The notes under the pieces were generated by a model. That model had not been told where the DNA came from. It searched no databases and saw only the letters and a list, made by a program, of their open reading frames with translations. A stretch of DNA of 64,000 nt from Candidatus Latescibacterota bacterium. GTDB taxonomy: Bacteria > Latescibacterota > UBA2968 > UBA8231. The translations under genes and the position numbers were made by a program. Where the stretch lies: assembly GCA_963422735.1 (NCBI GenBank), contig OY730476.1:288001-352000 (forward strand), written 5' to 3'. This document shows positions 39,167-49,764 of the stretch, one piece after another (the first letter of the stretch is position 1; each line of letters opens with the position of its first letter).

Positions 39167-40174
39167 TCACGGGACTTGTAAATGAGGGTCGGAAAGGGTT
39201 TTCAAAAAAGCTACTAGGGCGCGTTTGTCGGCCGGATTGAGGTCGAGGTTGGGCCGGACGAGCAACAGCGGGTCGGCGAGGATAGTGCGGTGAAAGCCGG
39301 AGTCGTAGTGCTCGACGACCTCCTCTAGGGTCTGAAAGCGGCCATCGTGCATATAGGGCGCGGTGTATTCTACGTTGCGCAGGGTTGGCGTCTTGAATTT
39401 GCCGCGGTCGAGGCGTTTCCCGGTGAGTGCGGCCAACCCCTCATCCGGGGGATCTAGGTCGAGACCATTGTTGTGAAACTCGTTGTCGGTGAAAAGCGGC
39501 GCGACGTGGCAGTGGAAGCAGTCGCCCGCCTCAGTGTGAAAGAGGAGGAAGCCCCGTTCTTCTTCTGGGGTAAACGCCGCTTGGCCAGCTAGCCGGCGGT
39601 CGTATTTGCTGTCCGCCGCAATGAGGGTGCGCTCAAATTGGGCGATGGCTTGGACGACGCGTTGCTGGTCAATAGGCACGTCGCCAAAGGCACGGGCGAA
39701 GAGCGCGGGATATTCGGCGTGGCGCTCTAGTTTGGCCACCACGCGGTCCCAATCCTCGCCCATTTCCACGGACCTCTGCACGGGTTCGAGGGCTTGGTCT
39801 TCGAGGCTGGCCGCCCGTCCGTCCCAGAAAAAGGACGAGCTCCAGAGCAGGTTAAAAAGCGGCATGGAGTTGCGGCTGGTGACGCCGCCGACGCCTTGGC
39901 TAAAGGGCCGCGGATCGGAGAAAGCGTGGGCGGGCAGGTGGCACGAGGTGCAGGAGATGGTGCTATCGACGGAGAGGATGGGGTCGGCAAAGAGCCGCTT
40001 TCCAAGGGCGATGCCCTCGACGGTCAGGGGATTATCCGGCGGGATTGTCGGCGCGGGAAATCCCGTCGGCACGGCCAGTTCATAGGGCGTTGGGGCAGGC
40101 GGAGGGGTAGGGGATACGCCCGCGTCTTTGCCACAGGCGACTAGCCCTAGCAGGATCAGTGCTCCAAGCCCCAT
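39167..40174 (-). CDS. Di-heme cytochrome c peroxidase, MauG/MbnH-like lipoprotein
   Basis: CTSCH and CFHCH heme motifs, FWDGRA and FKTPTLRNV..TAPYMHDG. Confidence 0.9.
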   Translation of the reverse strand: MGLGALILLGLVACGKDAGVSPTPPPAPTPYELAVPTGFPAPTIPPDNPLTVEGIALGKRLFADPILSVDSTISCTSCHLPAHAFSDPRPFSQGVGGVTSRNSMPLFNLLWSSSFFWDGRAASLEDQALEPVQRSVEMGEDWDRVVAKLERHAEYPALFARAFGDVPIDQQRVVQAIAQFERTLIAADSKYDRRLAGQAAFTPEEERGFLLFHTEAGDCFHCHVAPLFTDNEFHNNGLDLDPPDEGLAALTGKRLDRGKFKTPTLRNVEYTAPYMHDGRFQTLEEVVEHYDSGFHRTILADPLLLVRPNLDLNPADKRALVAFLKTLSDPHLQVP

Positions 40175-40177
40175 GGG

Positions 40178-40963
40178 TTATCCCCCTAAGTGTTCGTGGT
40201 GGTCTTGTGCGACTTCCTCTTCCCCGGGGTTTTGGCCGACGGGGTCGAGGTGCCCGATGTGCCCTAGGGAAAAGACCGTAGCGCCGTTGCCCTGCAAGGT
40301 AAACTGCGCGTCGGCGTTGCCCATAATCCCGCCGCGGCCGTTAAAGTCGTACAGCGATGGCGCGTCGTACCACTCGTTGAGGTCCATCACCACGGCGATT
40401 GCCCACTCGTCTCCGCTGACTGTTAGGGAAAGCGGTAGAGAGACGGCAAATGAAAAGTCTTCTCCGCCCGCTGGCCCGGTGTGCGTGAGAAAGGCTCCCT
40501 CGCCGTCCTCGGTGCGGAAGAGGCCCTCCATGCGCATGTAGTGGTAGCCGCCGCCCATAGGCACCGGCCAAGCCATGTTGTTGAAGTGATCGACGCTCGG
40601 CAGCGCGCCGGCCTCATTTTTAGCACCGTCGATGCCAAAGGTAAAGTGCAGAGCAGTGTATTCGCCACCGGGTACCTTGGATGAAACGCTGCGGGTCGCA
40701 CCCACAAAGGCGTTGCAGTAGTGGAATTCTGCCAGGGCGACGCGCTTGCCTCCGGCCGTCTCTAAGGCGATATCCGAGACGATGTACTCTAGGCGGGTGA
40801 CGCCGTATTTACTGTCGGCGGCATTGGTGTAGAGGATATCCTCGTGCTTGAGACCGACTCCGGCGACGATGTGGTTGAAGTGGACGGTCACCTCGCCTTG
40901 GTCTTCATCGGGGTCGCCGCAGGCTATCAAAAAGCAACAAGCGGCCAATATGAGGTGTTTCAT
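40178..40963 (-). CDS. MbnP family protein (lipoprotein)
   Basis: Lipobox LIAC, L.YIVSDI, G.Y..L.F.FG and MAW..GGGYHYM.MEG; directly upstream of the MbnH-like gene. Confidence 0.75.
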   Translation of the reverse strand: MKHLILAACCFLIACGDPDEDQGEVTVHFNHIVAGVGLKHEDILYTNAADSKYGVTRLEYIVSDIALETAGGKRVALAEFHYCNAFVGATRSVSSKVPGGEYTALHFTFGIDGAKNEAGALPSVDHFNNMAWPVPMGGGYHYMRMEGLFRTEDGEGAFLTHTGPAGGEDFSFAVSLPLSLTVSGDEWAIAVVMDLNEWYDAPSLYDFNGRGGIMGNADAQFTLQGNGATVFSLGHIGHLDPVGQNPGEEEVAQDHHEHLGG

Positions 40964-41136
40964 AGGGTATGCCTTTTTCAGAAGATGTTGAGTTGGTAGT
41001 TCAGGCCCAATAGCACGAGGTGAGCGGCTGTGAGCTGAATCTTCCTTTTTGTATTTTGGGTGCGATCAGCGAGAACTGCGATTCCGCTTGTTAGTCTGTT
41101 TTTAACACGGTACATTACCAAATAGGATGCGATAGG

Positions 41137-42627
41137 ATGCGCCAATTTGTCGAGTCTGTCCAAAGGACCAAGGGTAAGTCTGCTTCCGGTGAGCGTCCGC
41201 GGACGCGAATTGGCCACAAGCTGGTCCTGAGTTTCGTGCTGCTGGTCATGGTCGTGGTGGGGCTATCGGGCTGGGTGCTATTCGAGTTGACAGACCGCAG
41301 CTTGGAGCGGCAGATGCGCGGCCATCTCGTATCGGTTGCCACGCTAGTGAGCACGAACCTGTCCGGCAATGTGCTGCGCTTTTTGCACCCAGGCCGCGAG
41401 CACTCCAATCTCTACCGGACCCTAGTGGGTAAATTGCAGCGCGCCGAACAAGGGGTCGGTGCCCGGCACATCTTCGTTTTCGACCGCCAGTACCGCTCGC
41501 TGCTCGACACCGATGGCCTGATGCCCATTGGCCGCGAGTACCCCAAGCTGCTCTTCCACCGTCGGGAACTGGAGAGAGTTTGGAAGGGCTATACCGCGCA
41601 TTCGGTGCTTTTTTACGATGGCGATGTTCCATACATGACGGGCTACGCCCCGATCTTTTACGATGGCGAGGTCGTCGCGGCCGTCGGGGTCGAAATCGGG
41701 GCCGGGTTTGTGGACTCCATCCGCGTCTTCGGGCGGTCGGTATTGATCTTTGCCGGGTTGGGTGCGTTGCTCACCGTCGGGGTGGCATGGGGGTTGGCGC
41801 GGACCCTGACGCGGCCCATCCAAAAGCTGGTCGAGGCCGCGCGCGAAATTGGCCGGGGCAATATGGACCAAAAGGTGGTCACCGCGTCCGACGACGAAAT
41901 CGGCTATTTGGGCGAGACTATGGAGGAAATGCGGCGCAAGCTGGTCGCCCGCGACGCCCAACTGCGTCTCATGCTAGGCGGCGTGGCCCACGAGATCCGC
42001 AATCCGCTGGGCAGCATTGAGCTGTACGCCGGCCTGATCGCCGGCGACTTGCCGGCCAGCGACGAGCGCAAGCAACACATCGAGAAGGTCATCGAGGAAG
42101 TGCGCCGGCTCAATCGCGTAATTTCCGAGTTTCTCGCATTTGCCCGGCCGGTGCCGGCGCAGCCGCAGCCGATGGCGTTGGCTCCGCTGGTGTCCGACGC
42201 GGCCTTTTTGCTGGCCCCGGAAATGCAGGCGGCGGGCATTAGCTACGAGGAACATGTCGCGCCCGATCTGGTGTGCTGCATCGACGCTGAGCAAATGGAG
42301 CGGGTGCTGGTCAACTTGATGAAGAACGCCATCCAGGCTATGCGCGATGGCGGGCACTTGGCGGTGCGGGCCACGGCTGAAGGCGAGGAAGTCGTCGTCG
42401 AGGTAGCCGACGATGGCCCGGGCATGTCGGAGGCGGTGCAGGCGCGCCTCTTTGAGCCTTTCTTTACGACTAAAGAGCAGGGATCGGGTTTGGGGCTGGC
42501 GGTGGTGGCGCGGTCGGTTGAGGAAAATCGCGGCCGGATCGAAATAGACAGTCGTCAAGGCGAAGGTACGGTGTGCCGCCTGCGCCTGCCGCAGTCCAAG
42601 GATGGGGTGCCATGGGTAGGATTCTGA
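41137..42627 (+). CDS. Sensor histidine kinase with HAMP domain
   Basis: Two TM segments, HAMP domain, AHEIRNPL, NLMKNA, DDGPG and FFTTK.GSGLGL. Confidence 0.93.
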   Translation: MRQFVESVQRTKGKSASGERPRTRIGHKLVLSFVLLVMVVVGLSGWVLFELTDRSLERQMRGHLVSVATLVSTNLSGNVLRFLHPGREHSNLYRTLVGKLQRAEQGVGARHIFVFDRQYRSLLDTDGLMPIGREYPKLLFHRRELERVWKGYTAHSVLFYDGDVPYMTGYAPIFYDGEVVAAVGVEIGAGFVDSIRVFGRSVLIFAGLGALLTVGVAWGLARTLTRPIQKLVEAAREIGRGNMDQKVVTASDDEIGYLGETMEEMRRKLVARDAQLRLMLGGVAHEIRNPLGSIELYAGLIAGDLPASDERKQHIEKVIEEVRRLNRVISEFLAFARPVPAQPQPMALAPLVSDAAFLLAPEMQAAGISYEEHVAPDLVCCIDAEQMERVLVNLMKNAIQAMRDGGHLAVRATAEGEEVVVEVADDGPGMSEAVQARLFEPFFTTKEQGSGLGLAVVARSVEENRGRIEIDSRQGEGTVCRLRLPQSKDGVPWVGF

Positions 42628-44066
42628 TTATCGACGACAACCAAAGCCTCGGCGACGGGCTGGTGCTGAGCCTGAACAAGATGGGGCATCAAGCGGTCGC
42701 CGCAGAGAGCGGTCGCGAAGGTTTGGAGCGGATAAAGGACGCGCCCTTTGACTTGGTCATTACTGATTACCGCATGGAGGAGATGGACGGCTTGGCGGTG
42801 ATGGAGGTGGTACAGCGCCAAGCTCCGGAGACCGACGTGATGATGATGACGGCTTACGACACCCGGGAACTGGCCGTAGAGGCCATGGAGCGGGGGGCGA
42901 TCGACTTTATCGTCAAACCCTTCCGGCCCGACGAACTGTGGCTGAAGGTCAATAAGCGGCTTGACTATCGAGCCAAACTGCAGGAAGCCCAAGCCAAGCT
43001 GCAGGAAGCCCAAACCCTCCGCCGGGAAGCCGAGTCCAAGCTCCAGGACTGGGAGCACTTATTCGAGCAAAACCGCTACCTGCGCGAAGAGATCGACAGC
43101 CGCTACAACTTCGGCGAGATCGTCGGCCAGTCCCCGCAGATCAAGGCCGTGCGTGAGCGAGTGCATAAGGTGGCGTCGTCGTCGTCGTCGGTACTCATCT
43201 ACGGGGAAAGCGGCACCGGCAAGGAGTTGGTCGCCCGCGCCATCCACTATCAGAGTAGCCGCAGCAAAGGTTCGTTCGTCAGAGTCAACTGCGGTGCCCT
43301 ACCGACCGGGTTGGTCGAAAGCGAGTTATTTGGGCACGAGCGGGGGGCCTTTACCAGCGCGGTGCGGAGCAAGAAGGGCAAGTTCGAACTGGCTGAGGGG
43401 GGGACGATTTTTTTAGACGAGATCGGCGATGTATCTTTGGAGACCCAAGTCCGGCTGTTGAGGGTGTTGCAGGAAAAGCAGTTCGACCGCGTGGGAGGCG
43501 AGCAGCCGATTGACGTAGATGTGCGGGTGGTGGCGGCGACCAACCGGCCACTTAAACGCATGCTCGAAGAGGGCACCTTCCGCGAGGATCTTTTCTATCG
43601 GCTGGAGGTCATTCCCATCACCTTGCCGCCACTGCGGGACCGGCGAGAGGACATCGAGCTATTGGTGAAACACTTTAGACAAAAAAAATGTAGGGAAATG
43701 AACCTCCCGCCCAAGCGTCTAACCGAAGAGGCCCTGACCGGCTTGCAAAGCTACCCGTGGCCGGGCAATGTACGCGAGCTGGAAAACGTCATCGAGCGCA
43801 CGATGGTGTTGGTTGACGGCGAGGAAATCGGCTACCACGATCTGCCGCTGACCTTTGACGAGGGGCCTACTAAGGAAGAGATTGCTGAAGCGGGGACCAC
43901 CGACGAAGGGAGGTTGCTGCTCAACGAGCGCCTCGACGAGGTGGAGCGCGCCCTAATCGCTCGGGCGATGGAGGAAGCCCATCACGTCAAGACCAAGGCG
44001 GCTTCGCTCTTGGGGATCAAGACTAGTGCCCTGTACTATAAGCTCGACAAATACGGTCTAGATTAG
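42612..44066 (+). CDS. sigma54-dependent response regulator (NtrC/AtoC family)
   Basis: Receiver domain, GESGTGKE, ESELFGHERGAFTSA, WPGNVRELEN and a Fis-type HTH. Confidence 0.95.
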   Translation: MGRILIIDDNQSLGDGLVLSLNKMGHQAVAAESGREGLERIKDAPFDLVITDYRMEEMDGLAVMEVVQRQAPETDVMMMTAYDTRELAVEAMERGAIDFIVKPFRPDELWLKVNKRLDYRAKLQEAQAKLQEAQTLRREAESKLQDWEHLFEQNRYLREEIDSRYNFGEIVGQSPQIKAVRERVHKVASSSSSVLIYGESGTGKELVARAIHYQSSRSKGSFVRVNCGALPTGLVESELFGHERGAFTSAVRSKKGKFELAEGGTIFLDEIGDVSLETQVRLLRVLQEKQFDRVGGEQPIDVDVRVVAATNRPLKRMLEEGTFREDLFYRLEVIPITLPPLRDRREDIELLVKHFRQKKCREMNLPPKRLTEEALTGLQSYPWPGNVRELENVIERTMVLVDGEEIGYHDLPLTFDEGPTKEEIAEAGTTDEGRLLLNERLDEVERALIARAMEEAHHVKTKAASLLGIKTSALYYKLDKYGLD

Positions 44067-44068
44067 CG

Positions 44069-44959
44069 ATGAGAAATCCATTCATTTTTTTATTGGTCTT
44101 GGGGTTGACGATGCCCGGGTCCGTGCGTGGGGACGCGGCCGGTCTGGGGGACCTAAAGGCCCAATATCGCGTCTTGGAGAGCCAGCGCGATTCCCTCGTG
44201 GGCCAGCACTTGCGGGTTGCGGCCGAAGCCGAAGTGCTATCGGCCCGCATCGACAGTCTGAAGCTGAGTGCAGCGAACTCTGCGGTGCTGCGGGAAGCTC
44301 TGCGCTCCTCGCTCGGGTTGGTGCAGCGCATGGTCGAGATCGACTGGAAGTTGGTGGCTTTAGAGGCGCGGCAGGATAGTTTGGCCGAGCGCTTGTGCCT
44401 CGCCTACGAGTGGGAAATCGGCGTACTCATCCAGAAGTTGGCCGAGCAGCCCGACCGGGTCCTGTCGGCCCAACTCACGCTCTATCAGGAGGCGCGGGAA
44501 CAGCTCGGAGTCGGAGTCCAAAGCGCGAACCTGCACTACAGCGAGCAGATGAAAATTGAGGTGGACGACGGGCCGGACGAGATTCAGCAGAAGCAAGAAC
44601 TCTTGGAGGATATCGCCGACCGCCTCAAGGCCGAATGGAGCGACAACGCCGACCTGATGAGCCGCTTGGAGGCCGAATACCGGCTGTGCATCCGAGCAGA
44701 GCAGGCGCGGGCCAAAGCGCGGCGACCCGATGAGCGGCTTTTGGTGAGCGGGGAACAGCCGCGCGAGCAAGTGCGGTTTCTCGGGCGAGACGAGTCCTTG
44801 GCCGAATTCGACCTCGAATCGTCGATCGCCGAAGTCGCATTGAAAATTCACAAGCTGAAGGCGCACCAGCAGGAAATCCTCCAGCTACAGGCCGTGGTCG
44901 AAGACCGCGCCGAGGCGTTTCGGCTCTACTTGCGCAGCATGTTAGAAGGCGAGGAATAG
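44069..44959 (+). CDS. Hypothetical exported coiled-coil protein
   Basis: Signal peptide and heptad-rich sequence; in an operon with the two-component system. Confidence 0.65.
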   Translation: MRNPFIFLLVLGLTMPGSVRGDAAGLGDLKAQYRVLESQRDSLVGQHLRVAAEAEVLSARIDSLKLSAANSAVLREALRSSLGLVQRMVEIDWKLVALEARQDSLAERLCLAYEWEIGVLIQKLAEQPDRVLSAQLTLYQEAREQLGVGVQSANLHYSEQMKIEVDDGPDEIQQKQELLEDIADRLKAEWSDNADLMSRLEAEYRLCIRAEQARAKARRPDERLLVSGEQPREQVRFLGRDESLAEFDLESSIAEVALKIHKLKAHQQEILQLQAVVEDRAEAFRLYLRSMLEGEE

Positions 44960-45035
44960 TGGTTAGTGATCAGTGATCACTGATCAGTCCCAACCCATCC
45001 CCCTCGGAGTGGCGGGGAACTAACCGCTAACCACT
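44958..45035. repeat. Heptamer-armed palindromic element between convergent genes
   Basis: agtggttagtgatcagtgatc..cagtccc..gggaactaaccgctaaccact; same design as 12831-12990. Confidence 0.75.
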
Positions 45036-45388
45036 GGAATGGTGTGCAACCCTCGGCTTACTTCCACTACATTGTCTCGCGTCGCGCTGAAGGCGCACTT
45101 GAGCCGTTGATAGGCTGCCCACGGGTCTGTCTGGTGACCACAGGTAAAGAGGTCGAGGGCGGCATAACCGCGCTCGGGCCACGTGTGGACGGCCAAGTGG
45201 CTCTCTTCGACGATGAGCACACCGGTGACCCCTCCCGGACTGAAGCGGTGAAACGTAGTGCCTAAGACGCGAGTGCCGGCCGCTGTGGCGGCGGCCTGCA
45301 ACTCGGCTGCGATATAGTCTGGGTCGTCGAGCCGCTTGTGGTCGCAGCCATAGAGATCGACGAGTAGATGGCGGCCTATGGCCTGCAT
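45020..45388 (-). CDS. speD: S-adenosylmethionine decarboxylase proenzyme
   Basis: GRHLLVDLYGC, FSPGGVTG, EESH cleavage site, HTWPE and DLFTCG. Confidence 0.9.
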   Translation of the reverse strand: MQAIGRHLLVDLYGCDHKRLDDPDYIAAELQAAATAAGTRVLGTTFHRFSPGGVTGVLIVEESHLAVHTWPERGYAALDLFTCGHQTDPWAAYQRLKCAFSATRDNVVEVSRGLHTIPVVSG

Positions 45389-45439
45389 TGAAGCGTGCCC
45401 GAGCAGTGGAGCAGAAATGTACGAGCTGCAACGAGGCCC

Positions 45440-45628
45440 TCAGACATATTCGACGATGTCGGTGGGCAGGCACTTGAGGTCCCGGCATATATTGGACAGG
45501 ATGTACGGGTCCATGGCCTCCGTGCCTTGGTCAATGGCTTTTTTGATGTGCTGGTAAGTGGTCAGGTTGATTTCGGGTTTGCGCTCTTCGAGCATTTGTT
45601 CGATCGCTTCTTTCTTAAAGCGGATCAT
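45440..45628 (-). CDS. Small Cro/C1-like HTH protein
   Basis: RBS GAGGAGG; C-terminal L..IC..L.C.P.DIVEYV typical of small Xre/YozG-like proteins. Confidence 0.6.
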   Translation of the reverse strand: MIRFKKEAIEQMLEERKPEINLTTYQHIKKAIDQGTEAMDPYILSNICRDLKCLPTDIVEYV

Positions 45629-45680
45629 GCAGCCTCCTCGCTTGCGGGTGGGATGAGTACCTGATGTTACGCAGCCTTTA

Positions 45681-45871
45681 TCCCCCGCCTACGCGGGGGC
45701 AGGCTCTGCGGCTTCCTGCCGTCCCCCCTTGTCATTCCCGCCAAAGCGGGAATCCAACCCAGCGCATGATGCGGACCCCGTCTGCACGGGGGCAGGCTTC
45801 GACGTACGCTGTCGAGTCGAGCAGCCGAACCGCCGAGGGTTGATCTGGATGCCTGCTTTCGCAGGCATGAC
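45681..45871. repeat. Cluster of REP-like palindromes
   Basis: gtcattcccgccaaagcgggaatcca (45731-45756) and its inverted partner tggatgcctgctttcgcaggcatgac (45846-45871), plus two ccccg..cgggggcagg hairpins. Confidence 0.8.
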
Positions 45872-45953
45872 CGCCCAGACATAGACCAAGCAATCGCAAG
45901 ACTGCGTACGGTCAATGAGTAAGTAAGGCCACGCGGCGATCTCCGTCAAAAGG

Positions 45954-47201
45954 CTATTCATAACGCAAGGCGTCTATAGGATTGAGGAGGGCGGCTTGGC
46001 GGGCCGGGTAGATGCCGAAGCCAATGCCGACCGCGGCCGAGACCCCAAAGGCGAGGGCAATGGTCCAGGGCTGGACGATGGTGCGCCAGCCCGCGTACAG
46101 GGTGATCCCTTCCGGAATGGCGTAGCCCAGCACCACCCCCATCAGGCCGCCGATCAGGCTGACCAACAGCGATTCGACCAAAAACTGCGCGAGGATGTCG
46201 TGCCGCCGTGCGCCCAAGGCGCGGCGGATGCCGATTTCGCGCGTGCGCTCGAGCACCGAGGCCAGCATGATATTCATGATGCCGATGCCGCCGACTAACA
46301 GGGAGATGCCGGCGATGCAGCCCATGACTATGTTGAAGATCTGCTGAGTTTTCTGGCTCTGGCGCAACAGCTCTTCGGGAATGGCGATCTTGAAGTCCTC
46401 GACGCCGCGATGGCGCCGGTTGAGGATGGTGCGGACGATGGCGGCGGCCTCTGGTAGCTGGTCGGAGTTGGGGACCTTGACGGTGATTTGGGTCAACTCG
46501 GGCTCGCCCGGATCCCAGTGAAAGCGGTTGAGCAGGGCCGTCAGCGGGACGTAGATGTCCTCGTCGGTGTTGCGCACTTCGAGCACCCCGCCGATTTTGC
46601 CGCCGGCTGCGCCCTTGTCTTCGAGTACGCCGATGACCGTAAACCACTGGTTGCGGATTTTGACCCGGCCGCCGAGGGGATCGTCGAAAAAGAACAGGGC
46701 GCGCTTGACATCCGCACCCAACACGCAAACGCGCTTGGCGTCGCGCAAGTCTTCGGCCGAGAAGAACGCGCCGCTGCCCATGCGGGCGTCGAGCACGGTC
46801 AGGTAGTCGGGCGTCGTGCCTACTGCCATGGTGTGAAAGGTGTTGCCTTGGGCTTGGGCCTTGACCTTGACCTCGCGCTGCGGGGTTGCGTAGTCGGCCA
46901 AAAGGCATATCGCAGCGATTGAGCGGGCGTCGTCCCACGTCAGGCCGGCGGAGAGGTTGTAGTCGGCGTCGGTGGCTGCGTCCGCTTCGCCTTCGTCTTT
47001 TTTCCAGTGCTGGACGATGATGTTGCTAATGCCCATCTGGCGAATCTGTTCGAGGGATTCCTGTTTGGCGCCCTCGCCGATGGACAGCATGGCAATGACA
47101 GCGGCCACCCCAAAGACAATGCCGAGCATGGTCAGCAGGGTCTGCAGCTTGTGCGAGAGGAGCCCGACCCAGCTCAAGGCGGCGGTTTCGCGCAGTTCCA
47201 T
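45954..47201 (-). CDS. MacB-like ABC transporter permease
   Basis: LTMLGIVFGV, ISLLVGGIGIMNIML.SV.ERTREIGIR.ALGA and PIDALRYE. Confidence 0.93.
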   Translation of the reverse strand: MELRETAALSWVGLLSHKLQTLLTMLGIVFGVAAVIAMLSIGEGAKQESLEQIRQMGISNIIVQHWKKDEGEADAATDADYNLSAGLTWDDARSIAAICLLADYATPQREVKVKAQAQGNTFHTMAVGTTPDYLTVLDARMGSGAFFSAEDLRDAKRVCVLGADVKRALFFFDDPLGGRVKIRNQWFTVIGVLEDKGAAGGKIGGVLEVRNTDEDIYVPLTALLNRFHWDPGEPELTQITVKVPNSDQLPEAAAIVRTILNRRHRGVEDFKIAIPEELLRQSQKTQQIFNIVMGCIAGISLLVGGIGIMNIMLASVLERTREIGIRRALGARRHDILAQFLVESLLVSLIGGLMGVVLGYAIPEGITLYAGWRTIVQPWTIALAFGVSAAVGIGFGIYPARQAALLNPIDALRYE

Positions 47202-47204
47202 GGA

Positions 47205-48572
47205 TTACCGCACTGAGGGTGCATCAGCCTCTGGGGCCGCGTCCATGCCGCCGATGGGATCGGCCGCTTGGGTCGGGTCGCGCAGGGCAACGCGGTCGTC
47301 GGGTGCCAGCCCGTGCTCGACGACGACGAAGTCCTCGTTTTTCTTGCCCAGCGTCACGGCCCGCTCCTCGGGCTGGCCGCCGATGACGCGATAGACGAGT
47401 GCGCGCCCGTCCCTTTCAAAAATCGCGTCTAAGGGAATGTAGAGGGGCAGCGGTGCGGCCGCGGCGACCTCGGTGGTGGCCTCGGGTTGCACCGAGTCCG
47501 GCTTGGCCGCCGACCTCGGCGGGATGGTCTCGACGATGATTTCCGCGGTCGCGGTCATGCCGGGCTTGAGCCGGTCGTCTTCTTCCTCTATTGCGAGCAC
47601 CACGTCGAAGACCTTGACGTTTTTCTCGCCCTCCTTATCGCGGCCGAGCGAGGCAATGCTCTTGATGCGGCCGTGGAAGATGGGTTCGGGTAGGGCGTCG
47701 AGTTTGATGAGGGCGACTTGGCCGGTGTCTAGCTTATCGACCTCGACCTCGTTGACATAGGTCTTGACCTGCATCTGCGAGAGGTCGGGCAGGGAGATGA
47801 CGTTGACCCCGCCCCAGATCTCGTCGCCGACGCGCACTTTTTCTGGCCTCTCGCCCTTCCACACCTTGCCATACACCACCAAGCCGGGCTTTTCAGCCTT
47901 GATGGTCGTGCTTGCCAATTCCTTGCGGGCCTTGTCTAGCTCGCGCTCGTTGCGCTCGATTTCGAGCTGGCGCTTTCTAATATCGGCGTTGTTGACTACC
48001 TGTTGCGACTTGAGTTTCTCGACGGCTTGCTGATAGCTCAGATTGGCTTTGTGAGCTTCGATTTGGGCCTCTTCTTTTTGTACGGTGGCTTCAAAGGCCA
48101 TGCGCTCGACCTTGAGTTCGGCGAGGCGCAAGTTGGCCTCTTGGTTTTTGATGTCGGCTTCGAGTTTGACGATTTCGGCCTTCTGGGTGGCCTGCGTTTT
48201 CTCTAGGTCGGCCTGTGCGGACTCGACTTGCTGCTCGGCGTCCATGACCCGCTTCTGAAAGTCCGTCTGCTCAAACTGGACGAGCAGATCCCCAACGGCG
48301 ACTTGCTCACCCTCGGGGAAAAGCTCGACGATTTTGAGCTGACCTCGGACGCGGGGCGCAACGATATTTTCCGCCTCCACGGCTTCGAGTTCGCCGCCTT
48401 TGAGCTTCAAGGAGATGACGAACTCGCCCTGCTGGACTGGGTAGGTGGGGATGGAAGACGCAGCTTCGTCGGGCATCTGCTGTAAGGCGATAAACGCCGC
48501 CAAAACCGCGACCGCGCAGAGCCCGGCAATCCACCACTTGCGGCGACCGTTGGCACTTGGAATGTGGGTCAA
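47205..48572 (-). CDS. Efflux periplasmic adaptor subunit (MacA/HlyD-like)
   Basis: N-terminal TM segment, lipoyl halves, coiled coil and LKPGMTA. Confidence 0.88.
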   Translation of the reverse strand: MTHIPSANGRRKWWIAGLCAVAVLAAFIALQQMPDEAASSIPTYPVQQGEFVISLKLKGGELEAVEAENIVAPRVRGQLKIVELFPEGEQVAVGDLLVQFEQTDFQKRVMDAEQQVESAQADLEKTQATQKAEIVKLEADIKNQEANLRLAELKVERMAFEATVQKEEAQIEAHKANLSYQQAVEKLKSQQVVNNADIRKRQLEIERNERELDKARKELASTTIKAEKPGLVVYGKVWKGERPEKVRVGDEIWGGVNVISLPDLSQMQVKTYVNEVEVDKLDTGQVALIKLDALPEPIFHGRIKSIASLGRDKEGEKNVKVFDVVLAIEEEDDRLKPGMTATAEIIVETIPPRSAAKPDSVQPEATTEVAAAAPLPLYIPLDAIFERDGRALVYRVIGGQPEERAVTLGKKNEDFVVVEHGLAPDDRVALRDPTQAADPIGGMDAAPEADAPSVR

Positions 48573-48579
48573 GACAACC

Positions 48580-49764
48580 TCATCGGGGGACAGTGGGGTC
48601 TTTGAGAGCGACGATGTCGCCTTCGGCTAGGCCGGAGACAATCGCGGCCGCGGTGGCGTTTTTCGCGGACAATTCTACCTCAACTTCTGCGAAATCGCCG
48701 CCTTCGAGCCGATAGGCAACCCAGCGGTCGGCGCGGGCGAAGACGGCGTTCAGTGGCACGGATAGGACATTGGGGATGGCGCGGAGGACGATTTCGACTT
48801 GGGCGGACATGCCCGGCTTGAGCCGCTCGTCCTGCTCGTCGATGTCGATGACGAGCTCGAAGACGTGGATGTCCGGTGCGCCAGGCTGGGGGGAGGCCAT
48901 GGGCGCGATGTTGGCTACGGTGCCGTTGAAGACCGGCCCGGGGAAGGCTTCGAGGCGGATGAAGACCCGCTGGCCGACGCGTATGCGCTCGATGTCCATT
49001 TCGCCGATCAGGCACAGTACCTGCATTTCGCTCATGTCCGGGATGTCGAGCAGGCCGCGACCTCCCCAGACTTGGTCTCCGACCGCGACTTTGCCCTCCT
49101 CGTCGGTGCCTGGTTTCCAGATTTTGCGATAGACCACGATACCCGGTTTGGCCGCATAGATGCTGGTGCGTTCGTAGTCGCGCCGCGCCCTTTCGTAGCG
49201 CTCCTGCTTGCGGGCGATGTTCAGCTCGTGCTTGCGAAAATCCACCCGGTTGACCACTTCTTGAGCCACGGACTCCTGCCGCGCTTCCGCCGTGGCGCGC
49301 CGGGCCTTCGCCAAATTGATGAGCCCTTGCTCTTGGTCAATGGTGGCGGCGAATTTCTGGCGTTCTTGGTTGACCGCAGCGAGTTGGAGCTCGGCCTGCT
49401 GCTGCTGGATCTTGCGCTTGATGTCGGCGAGGTGTTGCTCGTGCTCGGCCTTGGCCTTGGCGAATTCCGACTGGGCCTGTTCGAGCTGGCCCTCGCGGTC
49501 GAGCATCTCCCGTTCAAACTCGGCCGGGTCGAACTGGAGGATCAAGTCGCCGACATCGACTTTTTCCCCTTCGGGCCAGAGGTGAACGATCTTGAGCCGG
49601 CCGCCGATCCGCGGCGACATCACGACTTCGCCGCTGACCGCGCGCACCTCGCCACCTTCAAAGTGCGTCACCGCAAAATCGCCGCGCACGACCTCGGCCG
49701 TGGGCAGGTCGGGCGGCACGCCCTGACAAGCGCACAGCGCTAGGGCGCAAAAGACCCTTCTCAC
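48580..49764 (-). CDS. Second efflux periplasmic adaptor subunit (probable lipoprotein)
   Basis: [16 protein letters not shown] and LKPGMSA; paralog of the downstream adaptor. Confidence 0.85.
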   Translation of the reverse strand: MRRVFCALALCACQGVPPDLPTAEVVRGDFAVTHFEGGEVRAVSGEVVMSPRIGGRLKIVHLWPEGEKVDVGDLILQFDPAEFEREMLDREGQLEQAQSEFAKAKAEHEQHLADIKRKIQQQQAELQLAAVNQERQKFAATIDQEQGLINLAKARRATAEARQESVAQEVVNRVDFRKHELNIARKQERYERARRDYERTSIYAAKPGIVVYRKIWKPGTDEEGKVAVGDQVWGGRGLLDIPDMSEMQVLCLIGEMDIERIRVGQRVFIRLEAFPGPVFNGTVANIAPMASPQPGAPDIHVFELVIDIDEQDERLKPGMSAQVEIVLRAIPNVLSVPLNAVFARADRWVAYRLEGGDFAEVEVELSAKNATAAAIVSGLAEGDIVALKDPTVPR

